Of a stretch of DNA of 51,441 nt, positions 1 to 8,204 are shown one piece after another. The DNA is from Thermoplasmatales archaeon (GTDB taxonomy: Archaea; Thermoplasmatota; E2; DHVEG-1): assembly GCA_020350365.1 (NCBI GenBank), contig CP070712.1, positions 64,812-116,252 on the forward strand. The letters are read 5' to 3'. Below the pieces are notes generated by a model. That model was not told where the DNA came from. It made no database searches and saw only the letters and a list, made by a program, of their open reading frames with translations. Each line of letters opens with the position of its first letter. The first letter of the stretch is position 1. A program made the translations under genes and the position numbers.

Positions 1-2
1 CA

Positions 3-245
3 AGTACTGGATATTCATTCTTAAATTCAGTAACTATAAGACTAAACGGAACAATTCTTGATGAAACAGGTATTAACGTAGGAAATACAGGTTGGGATAT
101 TGGTGAAAGCTTGTTTATTGGTGATGTAATACCTGTAATAGATGATCTCAGTTCAGATGTCACTCAACTTGGTGTTGGAGATTATTCAATAACTGTTACA
201 ATTATTAAAACAGTAATTTACGATGATATTGTAACTGTAATATGA
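3..245 (+). CDS. 3' end of a gene truncated by the window start; hypothetical protein (last 80 aa, ends ...ITVTIIKTVIYDDIVTVI*)
   Basis: Frame 3 is open from nt 3 to TGA at 243-245. It is absent from the ORF track because no start codon lies inside the window. No recognisable motif and no cassette tail. Confidence 0.35.
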   Translation, partial: STGYSFLNSVTIRLNGTILDETGINVGNTGWDIGESLFIGDVIPVIDDLSSDVTQLGVGDYSITVTIIKTVIYDDIVTVI

Positions 246-349
246 AGTTACAATAGATAATATAGTTTATTCATAATTCATTTTATTAGTAACATGTATA
301 AATCAATTATAGAAGGGATTTCCTCTTTTTATGTGGTAATTTGATAAAT

Positions 350-1129
350 TTAGAGTATTAAAAGGCTGAGTGCCATAATAAACATTCCAATAACAATACC
401 TAATATTGCACAATGACCTGATTCATATCTATGAGCTACAGGTACAAGTTCGTCAACTGATATATAGACCATAATTCCTGCAACAAATGCTAGAAGAAAT
501 GCAATAGTATTATCAGATAGGAAAGGAAGTAAAATTAGAAGACCAACTACTGCTGCGACAGGTTCAGCAACACCAGACAAAAAAGAATAAAAGAATGCCT
601 TTCTTTTGTCCCCTGTTGCATAATATATTGGCATTGAAACAGAAATTCCTTCTGGAATATTATGAATTGCAATTGCTAAGGCAATTATTGCTCCTAATTT
701 GACATCACTTAAAGATGTTCCAAATGTTGCAAGCCCTTCAGGAAAATTATGAATTCCTACCGCTAGTGCAGTAAGAAGTCCAACCCTTAACAAAGATTTA
801 TCTTTCCCAATCTTTCCTTTTATTTCCATACCTTTGAATGCATGGGGGTTTTCAGCTTCTGGAATTAATAAATCAATAATTCCTATTACAATGATACCTG
901 CAAAAAATGCATAAAGTCCAATTATTTCACCAATTGTAATAAAAGCCTCAGGAAGAAGCTCAACAAAGGAAACATAGATCATAACGCCAGCAGACAGTCC
1001 CAGTGAAAAACAGAGATAACTAGTTCTTGGTTTCTTTATAAAATAAGCAATGGTACTACCAATTCCTGTGGAAAGACCTGCTATAGTTGTTAATAACAAT
1101 GCAATTATAATGTTACCAGATATTTCCAT
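350..1129 (-). CDS. zupT: ZIP-family divalent metal (zinc) transporter, ZupT-like
   Basis: 259 aa polytopic membrane protein with the paired ZIP signatures GIHNFPEGLA and AIHNIPEGIS, and the typical ZupT length and topology. Confidence 0.85.
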   Translation of the reverse strand: MEISGNIIIALLLTTIAGLSTGIGSTIAYFIKKPRTSYLCFSLGLSAGVMIYVSFVELLPEAFITIGEIIGLYAFFAGIIVIGIIDLLIPEAENPHAFKGMEIKGKIGKDKSLLRVGLLTALAVGIHNFPEGLATFGTSLSDVKLGAIIALAIAIHNIPEGISVSMPIYYATGDKRKAFFYSFLSGVAEPVAAVVGLLILLPFLSDNTIAFLLAFVAGIMVYISVDELVPVAHRYESGHCAILGIVIGMFIMALSLLIL

Positions 1130-1296
1130 AGATTCCCCAGAGAAAATAACAGAATCATTATTTAAATATACTTATTAAATATAATTAATTGGATGTTTTA
1201 ACTAGTAATTTCCTGTTTAGTGTTATTGAAAAATATAACATTAGAGCAACAATTTTATATTACTTATTTATAAATATTAATATATTGGGTAAATAA

Positions 1297-2664
1297 ATGC
1301 ATGATAATATCCTTAAAAAATTATTGATCATAGGAATTTTCATATTGTTTGTTTTAGCAAGTACTATAACAAGTATCGGTGTAAAATATAATTCAAATCA
1401 AATTCTTCCGTTTGGAGATCCTTATTTTATATTGCTTAGTGACTACACTGATGGTGCTGGAGATGAAAATTTGTGGGCACTTCAACTCAGGTTTGACATT
1501 GACCTCGGTGTCGTTGAAAGTGAATTTGATAATAAATCCTTACCTCTTATTACTGATCAATGGGTGGAAATAAGAATTTACATAGACCTTAACAATGACT
1601 GGATGGAGATATATTATAATGGTGAACTATTGCACCAGAAGCTGTGGTCAGCAGGTCCTGATAACACAGGCCAGGGAATAGTAAACCTTAGTGCAGTAAA
1701 TCTGTTTAGCGACCTGCGAACTGCTGTTTACTTTGATGATTTAACCATTGAGGAGGTTGGAGGTGGGATTATCTGGTCAGATAACTTTGATTCGTACGAG
1801 GATGGAAGTTCCATTCACGGACAGGGTGGATGGAAAGGGTGGGATAACAATTCAGAATATTCTGCATATATCAGATCTCTTAAGAATCGGAGTTCTCCAA
1901 ATTCCTTAGAAATTAAAGCATTTTCAGATATTGTTCATGAATATTTTGGCAATTATTCAGGTGAGTTTGTCTATACTGCATGGATGTTTTTCCCAGAAAA
2001 CATAAAACCATACAGACCAGATATCAAAGGTCCTGAAAGCGGTGGTGTTGGAACTAAATATGATTATATATTTGATTCTATTGACCCTAATGGAGATGAT
2101 GTATACTACTATGTTGATTGGGGTGATGGTGAGGTTGTAGAATGGATTGGACCTTACGGCTCTGGTGAGGAAGTAAAAATTGATCATTTTTGGTCTGAGA
2201 AAGGTGAATATGAAATAAGGGCAAAGGCAAGAGATGCTCTCGATCTTGAAAGCGAATGGTCTGATCCTTTTTATGTTACTATTAGTAATCCACCCGCTGC
2301 ACCAGAAATTGATGGTCCACCAAGGGTGAGGGTAAACAAAGAGTATGAATTCAATTTTTACACAGTTGATCCTGATGGAGACGATGTAAAGTATTTTATT
2401 GACTGGGGTGATGGATATTACGGAGAAACTTATTTCTATCCTTCCGGCTCAAACATAAAGATAAAACATATTTGGTCAACTAAAGGTAACTTCACAATAA
2501 AGGCAAAAGCAATAGATGTTTACAATGCAGAAAGCAATTGGTCAAGTCTTGAGATAATTGTTCCTAAAGCAATAGAATCTTATTTCAACCTTAAAATCCT
2601 AAGTTGGCTTTATGAACTATCACCAAATGTTTTTAGAATAATTAAATACCTGTTTGGATTATGA
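1297..2664 (+). CDS. Secreted protein: N-terminal jelly-roll-like domain (paralogue of 43872..45866), two tandem PKD-like modules and a degenerate cassette tail
   Basis: Signal peptide MHDNILKKLLIIGIFILFVLAS. Two copies of the DP[ND]GDDV.Y.[VI]DWGDG...KA.A.D...ES.WS module (nt ~2008-2290 and ~2290-2560). Tail VPKAIESYFNLKILSWLYELSPNVFRIIKYLFGL*. Confidence 0.8.
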   Translation: MHDNILKKLLIIGIFILFVLASTITSIGVKYNSNQILPFGDPYFILLSDYTDGAGDENLWALQLRFDIDLGVVESEFDNKSLPLITDQWVEIRIYIDLNNDWMEIYYNGELLHQKLWSAGPDNTGQGIVNLSAVNLFSDLRTAVYFDDLTIEEVGGGIIWSDNFDSYEDGSSIHGQGGWKGWDNNSEYSAYIRSLKNRSSPNSLEIKAFSDIVHEYFGNYSGEFVYTAWMFFPENIKPYRPDIKGPESGGVGTKYDYIFDSIDPNGDDVYYYVDWGDGEVVEWIGPYGSGEEVKIDHFWSEKGEYEIRAKARDALDLESEWSDPFYVTISNPPAAPEIDGPPRVRVNKEYEFNFYTVDPDGDDVKYFIDWGDGYYGETYFYPSGSNIKIKHIWSTKGNFTIKAKAIDVYNAESNWSSLEIIVPKAIESYFNLKILSWLYELSPNVFRIIKYLFGL

Positions 2665-2691
2665 TTTAAATCAATTTTTTGGTGTTTTAAC

Positions 2692-2700
2692 TTTTTTTTT
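2692..2700 (+). terminator. Oligo-T tract (T9) downstream of 1297..2664
   Basis: T9 run about 30 nt after the stop codon, preceded by TTTTTT at ~2675. Archaeal-type oligo-T terminators are plausible here. Confidence 0.35.
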
Positions 2701-2775
2701 CATTTCAGATATTTTTTTATGGTTGATTCTCATTGGGGGTTTAGAAAAAACAATTTGTTGGGGTAAGGAAATAAT

Positions 2776-2892
2776 ATGATTTGTAAAATCTGTGGATTGA
2801 ATCAAACCTATAACTTTGATGGAGTTTGTGACGACTGTAAGTTCTCAATAATTAGCAATGAGGAAATGCCGCCTGTCTTTCAAAATAACTAA
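2776..2892 (+). CDS. Tiny zinc-ribbon-like ORF (38 aa, MICKICG...GVCDDCKF...)
   Basis: ATG preceded by GGTAAGGAA. Two CxxC pairs. Below the ORF-track length cutoff. A decayed tandem copy lies 70 nt downstream. Confidence 0.3.
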   Translation: MICKICGLNQTYNFDGVCDDCKFSIISNEEMPPVFQNN

Positions 2893-2960
2893 ATTTAATA
2901 TTTTTTTAAAAGAGCTTAATTTATTTTTCATTGATTCTTAAATTGAGGCAGGATGAGAAT

Positions 2961-3050
2961 TTGATTTGTAAGATATTTAATGTAAACTAAACAAAAAATC
3001 CTTTTAATGTTTGTGATGATTGTAAGTTTTCTATAATAAAAAATGATGAT
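2961..3050 (+). pseudogene. Decayed tandem copy of the 2776..2892 zinc-ribbon ORF
   Basis: Nucleotide similarity: ttgatttgtaagat... aligns with atgatttgtaaaat..., and gtttgtgatgattgtaagttttctataata aligns with gtttgtgacgactgtaagttctcaataatt. The ATG is lost and an in-frame TAA follows after 9 codons. Confidence 0.3.
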
Positions 3051-3148
3051 ATACAGCTTAATATTAAAACTAATAATTATAATAATTTTCATTTTCAAAA
3101 CAAAACTTTATCAATACTATTTTGATACATAACTTGAGGAGATGGTAG

Positions 3149-3991
3149 ATGAAGAATAAAATCAATAAGTTTGATAATATCTTTAATTGTCCAAAATGCA
3201 ATAAGACTCTTTGGCATCCTTTAAAACTTAAGGATGGAACAAAGGTATGTCAGAATTGCTATGAAAAATGTATACATGTAGAAAATGAAAAAACAGCAGT
3301 GGACCAAGTATATAATGAATCAATTGCTAAAACATTGATCGATAAAGGTTTATCTGAACTTATATTTAATTTTTTTGAAAAAAAATATAACTTTAATCCC
3401 TCTCAAGAGGAACTAAAAAAACTATGGAAACTTATTACGAATAAATATGATATAGAAATTGAATATGATTCTTTTTTCAATATAATTAAAAGTATCTATG
3501 AGTCCCATAGGGAAACAAAGGATCTGGAATATTTTGAAAAGGATTTAATACCTACTCCTCCGCCTTCACCTCCTCCTGAGGAAAAACCTAACTATATTTG
3601 CGAAATCTGTAAATCAAGAATTGATAAAGAAACCTATGATTTTTCAGTTAAGGTTTTTGACAAATCATTATGTATAAATCATCAGGGCACAAAACACCCT
3701 AGAAATCTATTTGTCGCATTGAAAAAAAGAGGAGTTCCATGCGAGTTTGAGGTCTATGATGGATATAAATACGTTGATATCGCAATCCATGACATCAAGC
3801 TTTATATTGAAGTTGGTGAGACCCTTATTACCTCAAATCCCAAACAATTCCTCGATGACCTGAAAAATGATAGGTTCTCAAGTCAGGGTGTTTATCAGAC
3901 AAGAAGGATAAGTAGTGAATCCATTGATAAGTATCTTGATGAAATTGCAGATACCTTAAAAGAGGTTTATAATAAAACAGTAAATGGTTAG
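3149..3991 (+). CDS. Composite protein: N-terminal zinc ribbon, Pro-rich linker, second zinc ribbon and a C-terminal Vsr/DUF559-like (PD-(D/E)xK-fold) endonuclease-like domain
   Basis: CPKCNK..CQNC at the N-terminus, PTPPPSPPPEEKP linker, CEICKS..CINH. The C-terminus YKYVDIAIHDIKLYIEVGE...NDRFSSQGVYQTRRIS resembles the yivDF...klvIEvDG...D..R...L...G..v.R pattern. GAGGAG RBS. Confidence 0.55.
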   Translation: MKNKINKFDNIFNCPKCNKTLWHPLKLKDGTKVCQNCYEKCIHVENEKTAVDQVYNESIAKTLIDKGLSELIFNFFEKKYNFNPSQEELKKLWKLITNKYDIEIEYDSFFNIIKSIYESHRETKDLEYFEKDLIPTPPPSPPPEEKPNYICEICKSRIDKETYDFSVKVFDKSLCINHQGTKHPRNLFVALKKRGVPCEFEVYDGYKYVDIAIHDIKLYIEVGETLITSNPKQFLDDLKNDRFSSQGVYQTRRISSESIDKYLDEIADTLKEVYNKTVNG

Positions 3992-4070
3992 AGGAGAAAA
4001 AAAGTAAAAGTAAAATATTAACTTTTGTTACCATTATAAGATAGAACCAAGAAATTTTCTACTGATATCA

Positions 4071-5267
4071 ATGTCAATTGACCTTTCAGCCCAAAAAAAA
4101 TTTAAATATATACTCTTCACAAGCCTTTATTTTTCAGAAGGATTGTACCAGGCATTGATTCTAATTGTTACCCCTATCTATCTGATTGAAAAGGGTATTT
4201 CTTTACCACTGGTTACCTTAATTGCTGGCATTGGATATCTTCCTTGGGGACTAAAATTTGTATGGGGAGGAATCATTGATTTTTTTCATAAACATGGGCG
4301 AAAAAAGTTTGCTGTAGTTGGAACGATTGCAGGAGCCTTTGGTTTTTTTATTCTTTCTTTAATCGATCAATCTTTTTCAATTATATTTTTCACTTTATTT
4401 CTTTTGCTTGGATATGTAGGTATTGGCTTTCTTGATTCAGCTGCTGATGCCTGGGCAATTGATATATCAAAAAAAGAGGAACGCGGTAAAATTAATTGTT
4501 CTATGATTATTGGTAAATGGGTAGGTCAATATATTGGTGCACTCATAATTATATCTATTGCAGTTTCTTTTGGTTATAGTATCTCCTTTTTGGTATCTGG
4601 ATTATTGGTTCTTGTTTTAGTTATTGTTCCAATCAGCGTTAAATATGAGGATAGAAAGATTCATCAATTGCGGATATGGAAGTTGATTAGAACAGAATTC
4701 AAGAAAATAACAACAAAACTAACAACTCTTTATTTCTTAATAATCGTTCTTCAACATGCATTGTTTTTTACCTTTCTTGTTTTATATTTGAAGGTGGTCT
4801 TGGATCTTGATGATACCTATATTGGCATATTATTTGCATTATGGTTGGTTGTTGTTGTACCTGGATCTATTATAGGAGGTGTTCTTTCTGATAAATTTGG
4901 CAGGAAACGACCACTTTACTTCTTTTTAGTTTTGGTTTTGATTTTTTCAATAACACCTATATTTTTATCTGATTTTATTCATCTCATTATAAATTTCAGT
5001 ATCTTACTTTTTTTCTTGAATGGTGTAATTTCGGGGAATTGGGCAATGATTATGGATATAATAAACCCGAAAATAAGTGCATCTCAACATGAGATAATTT
5101 GCTCGATTGTCAATTTTGGAAGTATTATCATTGGTTCAGCGACAGGAACTCTTTTTGTAGTATTAGGTGCTGATAATATATTTATCCTAGTTGCATTACT
5201 AACTCTTCTTTCTATAATGATTTTGTATACAATAAAAGGTCTTGATAATATGAAATGGAACACTTAG
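4071..5267 (+). CDS. MFS transporter, AmpG/PAT-family-like
   Basis: 398 aa with about 12 predicted TM helices. AmpG-like N-terminal signature YFSEGL...GYLPWGLKFVWGGIIDF. Confidence 0.75.
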   Translation: MSIDLSAQKKFKYILFTSLYFSEGLYQALILIVTPIYLIEKGISLPLVTLIAGIGYLPWGLKFVWGGIIDFFHKHGRKKFAVVGTIAGAFGFFILSLIDQSFSIIFFTLFLLLGYVGIGFLDSAADAWAIDISKKEERGKINCSMIIGKWVGQYIGALIIISIAVSFGYSISFLVSGLLVLVLVIVPISVKYEDRKIHQLRIWKLIRTEFKKITTKLTTLYFLIIVLQHALFFTFLVLYLKVVLDLDDTYIGILFALWLVVVVPGSIIGGVLSDKFGRKRPLYFFLVLVLIFSITPIFLSDFIHLIINFSILLFFLNGVISGNWAMIMDIINPKISASQHEIICSIVNFGSIIIGSATGTLFVVLGADNIFILVALLTLLSIMILYTIKGLDNMKWNT

Positions 5268-6271
5268 AATGTATGACCACGACAGAGCGGGTCTTTATTT
5301 TTTAATATTTCAGGGACCATGAAGTTATATTTAAATACATTATAAGCACTAAAAAAATGATAATCATTTATTGAATTTGGAAAAGTTGTGGATAGATTCT
5401 CTATTATTGTTCGTAATTCTTGCATGTTTTTTAGGAGCAGTGTGAAATGAAGGTCCATATCCAGGTTTATGAATTTGAATCTGCGAATTAAATTAGGATT
5501 TTTACGCATATGTTCTATTATTTGATTTTTTTTACTATAATCTCTGAGACTAATTCTGAGATGAAAGAATCTATAGCCTAGTTTTGACCAATCGATATTT
5601 ATTGTATATAAACCTATGATTAATTCTTGTTCTAGTTTTTTTATCCTGTAATTGATGGTACTTACCGTTGATTTCAGCTTATTTGCAATATTTTTTGTTG
5701 AAATCCTGGCATTGTTTGAGAGTTCCTTTAATATTTTAAAATCCAATTCATCAATACAATAAAGTTTTTGTCCCCATATCCAGTTAATCAACATTTTTTT
5801 TGGCATGTCTTTTATCAAAAAAGAATAGTTATAGAACTCCCCTCTAAAAAAGAAATATGAGGATTGAAAGGAAAGATAAGAATAGAACTTTCCTCTAATA
5901 TCATCTAATAATTTTTCAAATTGTTGAGGTCTTCCCATATAGAAATCTGATTGGAGGTCATTGATTCCCTCGACAAGACTCACATACATTGTATGATTGT
6001 GTTTGATAAAAAAATCAAGGATTTCTTGTTTTATTTTTGGATTTATGTTAATGAATTTATAATGGGTTTGCATCAATGAATAACCTAATCTTTCGAAATT
6101 TATTATTATTGAAAAATTCATGATTATTTTATTTTTAAGCATTCTTTTTATCCTATAGGATGCAAGTTCTTTTGATATTCCGACTTTCTTTCCAAGACTT
6201 TTTAGGGATTGCCTGGAATTTTGTGTTAAATAAAACAATATCTTTTTGTCTTTTACATCAAGATCATACAT
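5264..6271 (-). CDS. Fused double Lrp/AsnC-family transcriptional regulator (two HTH + ligand-domain units in one chain)
   Basis: Two HTH_AsnC-like segments: DKKILFYLTQNSRQSLKSLGKKVGISKELASYRIKRMLKNKII and DFKILKELSNNARISTKNIANKLKSTVSTINYRIKKLEQELII. Each is followed by ~90 aa. 335 aa is about twice a normal Lrp. Paralogue of 32521..33489. Confidence 0.8.
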   Translation of the reverse strand: MYDLDVKDKKILFYLTQNSRQSLKSLGKKVGISKELASYRIKRMLKNKIIMNFSIIINFERLGYSLMQTHYKFININPKIKQEILDFFIKHNHTMYVSLVEGINDLQSDFYMGRPQQFEKLLDDIRGKFYSYLSFQSSYFFFRGEFYNYSFLIKDMPKKMLINWIWGQKLYCIDELDFKILKELSNNARISTKNIANKLKSTVSTINYRIKKLEQELIIGLYTINIDWSKLGYRFFHLRISLRDYSKKNQIIEHMRKNPNLIRRFKFINLDMDLHFTLLLKNMQELRTIIENLSTTFPNSINDYHFFSAYNVFKYNFMVPEILKNKDPLCRGHTF

Positions 6272-6406
6272 ATTTTTTTCACAAAATGATGGTATTTTCT
6301 TATATTTTAATTTTTTGTTAAAAAACAGCGTCAGAGGTTTAATATTTTACATATTAAATAGTTGGAACGTAAACTTCCACCTTTAACCATGGGAGGAGAA
6401 AGGATA

Positions 6407-6440
6407 GAGGAAAACCTCATGAAATATTGAGGTTTTTCTC
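6407..6440 (+). other. 13-bp stem-loop in a divergent intergenic region
   Basis: GAGGAAAACCTCA (6407-6419), loop TGAAATAT, TGAGGTTTTTCTC (6428-6440). All positions pair if one G-U is allowed. It is the most GC-containing element in the 6272-6480 spacer. Confidence 0.35.
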
Positions 6441-6480
6441 AAAAAATCAATATCTATTAAAACTTTAAGGTGTAAAAAAG

Positions 6481-6702
6481 ATGGAAAATATCCTTCAAAA
6501 TGCAACTATAATTCTGAAAAACGGACAAAAACAACTTTCTGATGCTGCAGTTATAACTGATAAAGGTATCTATATTGGTGTAATAAGCAAAAAAAATGAT
6601 GGAACAGATGAATTCGAGGAACATTCATTTGTCCCTAATGATCAAATTGAAAAGATCTCATTTATAAATAAAGAAGGAAAACAAATAGAAATTGATTTTT
6701 GA
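6481..6702 (+). CDS. Small hypothetical protein (73 aa), upstream of and probably co-transcribed with the Ntn amidase
   Basis: AGGTG RBS 8 nt upstream of the ATG, and a 30-nt gap to the next gene. No recognisable motif. Confidence 0.4.
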   Translation: MENILQNATIILKNGQKQLSDAAVITDKGIYIGVISKKNDGTDEFEEHSFVPNDQIEKISFINKEGKQIEIDF

Positions 6703-6732
6703 AAAAAATTAAACATTGGAGGAAGGAAAAAA

Positions 6733-7965
6733 ATGAAAATAAAAATATTTGTAATGACGCTGTTGATAACAATCGTTCTGATGACTGCAAGCGTTGTTTC
6801 TGCTTGTACAGGCTTTAATGCTTCTGAAGAAGATAATGTTTTAGTTGGTATCAATTTTGATTGGTCAAGAAATTTTGATGTATACATGAATGTTTACCCA
6901 GAAGCTGAAGGTAAATATGGAAGAATAATATTTGACATTTGGTGGCCATGGTTTGGTTTTGATTACACTCTTCCAATCCAGGGAATGAACGATCAAGGTT
7001 TATTTGTAGATACTTATATTACTCCAAGTCATACAGTTGATTATAGTGGAAATCCATTTTTTGAAAGTGGTGATCCTGAGTATTATAATTTTTCCCTATG
7101 GGCATATTGTCTAGCAAAATGTTCAACTATCTCAGAAGTTTTAGATGTATATCTCAATCAATATGATCAATTTTGGCCTGATGGGATATCTCAGGGTCAA
7201 GTGATGTTTGTTGATAGTAATGGAGATTCAATTATAATTGAAGATTATGATACAATAATTTTCAAAGGAGGAAATTTCCAGGTAGTTACAAACTTTTTAC
7301 AAAGTCAGCCGGAATTAGGTGGTTATCCATGTTGGAGGTATGATACTGCAGTAAGTATGCTTGAGAATATGACTGAACTATCTGTTGACTATTTCAGTGA
7401 GATTTGTGATGCAACAAATCTACCGACGACAATTTATTCAAATGTTTATGATCTGATTTTGGAGAAGATGTATATCTATTATAATAATGATTACACAAAA
7501 TACTTGGAGATTGACTTAAATGAGGAGCTTGCCAATGGAGCAAGTAGAGTTTTACTTGGTACTCTTTTTGATTTTGAGGAAAATGAACCTCCATATAAGT
7601 CAGAAATCCCTGATGGACCTACCACAGGTGTTCCTGAAATATATTATTTGTATAAATGTAATAGGACAAGTGACCCTGACGGAGATAGAGTTATGTATCT
7701 CTTTGATTGGGGTGATGAATCTGATTCCGGATGGATTTATACGGCAAGTAACATTGTTGAGGCAGAGCATAAATGGAATGACACTGGAAAATATCAAGTG
7801 AGGTTTAAGTCAATGGATATCTATGGTAGGGAAAGCGAATGGTCTGATTCATTATTAGTAAATATTCCAAGACCAAGAAGTGTACATCACCCATTTTTAT
7901 ACAGATTGTTTGAGAGGTTTCCAAATATCTTCCCCATAATTAGGTACCTGCTTGGATTTGACTGA
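6733..7965 (+). CDS. Secreted Cys-Ntn hydrolase (choloylglycine hydrolase / linear amide C-N hydrolase family) with PKD-like module and cassette tail
   Basis: The signal peptide ends ..VVSA|CTGF, exposing the N-terminal nucleophile Cys. GMNDQGLF motif. Module at nt ~7588-7878. Tail IPRPRSVHHPFLYRLFERFPNIFPIIRYLLGFD*. Paralogue of 34852..36120. Confidence 0.8.
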   Translation: MKIKIFVMTLLITIVLMTASVVSACTGFNASEEDNVLVGINFDWSRNFDVYMNVYPEAEGKYGRIIFDIWWPWFGFDYTLPIQGMNDQGLFVDTYITPSHTVDYSGNPFFESGDPEYYNFSLWAYCLAKCSTISEVLDVYLNQYDQFWPDGISQGQVMFVDSNGDSIIIEDYDTIIFKGGNFQVVTNFLQSQPELGGYPCWRYDTAVSMLENMTELSVDYFSEICDATNLPTTIYSNVYDLILEKMYIYYNNDYTKYLEIDLNEELANGASRVLLGTLFDFEENEPPYKSEIPDGPTTGVPEIYYLYKCNRTSDPDGDRVMYLFDWGDESDSGWIYTASNIVEAEHKWNDTGKYQVRFKSMDIYGRESEWSDSLLVNIPRPRSVHHPFLYRLFERFPNIFPIIRYLLGFD

Positions 7966-7975
7966 GGTCAAATCC
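7954..7975 (+). terminator. Perfect 9-bp hairpin spanning the stop codon of 6733..7965, followed by a T/C-rich tract
   Basis: GGATTTGAC (7954-7962), loop TGAG (contains TGA at 7963-7965), GTCAAATCC (7967-7975), then TTCTCTCTCTTTCTTCTTTT. Confidence 0.5.
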
Positions 7976-8204
7976 TTCTCTCTCTTTCTTCTTTTAGATA
8001 GTTGAACACTTCTTTTGCGTCAGATGAGAGTATCACTCTTATTATTAAACTCTTATCAATATCAAATTTGTTAAATGGGATTCTAGAAGAATAATAAATC
8101 TCTAATAATTTTTCCAATTTTTACAATAAAAATTTACATTTGTACAATTTTTTAATGAAAACTGTTATATTAACAATAAAATATTAAAAAAATTGTTAGA
8201 TAAT

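Noticed and set aside
2657-2676. Palindrome GATTTAAATC just after the stop of 1297..2664, considered as a terminator hairpin
   Set aside because: It is a self-complementary 10-mer with no loop and an A/T-only centre, so it cannot form a stable hairpin. The downstream oligo-T tract is the more plausible terminator signal.
7520-7801. 93-aa same-strand alternative-frame ORF inside 6733..7965
   Set aside because: The main frame encodes the conserved PKD-like module across this span, and the alternative frame has no recognisable features.
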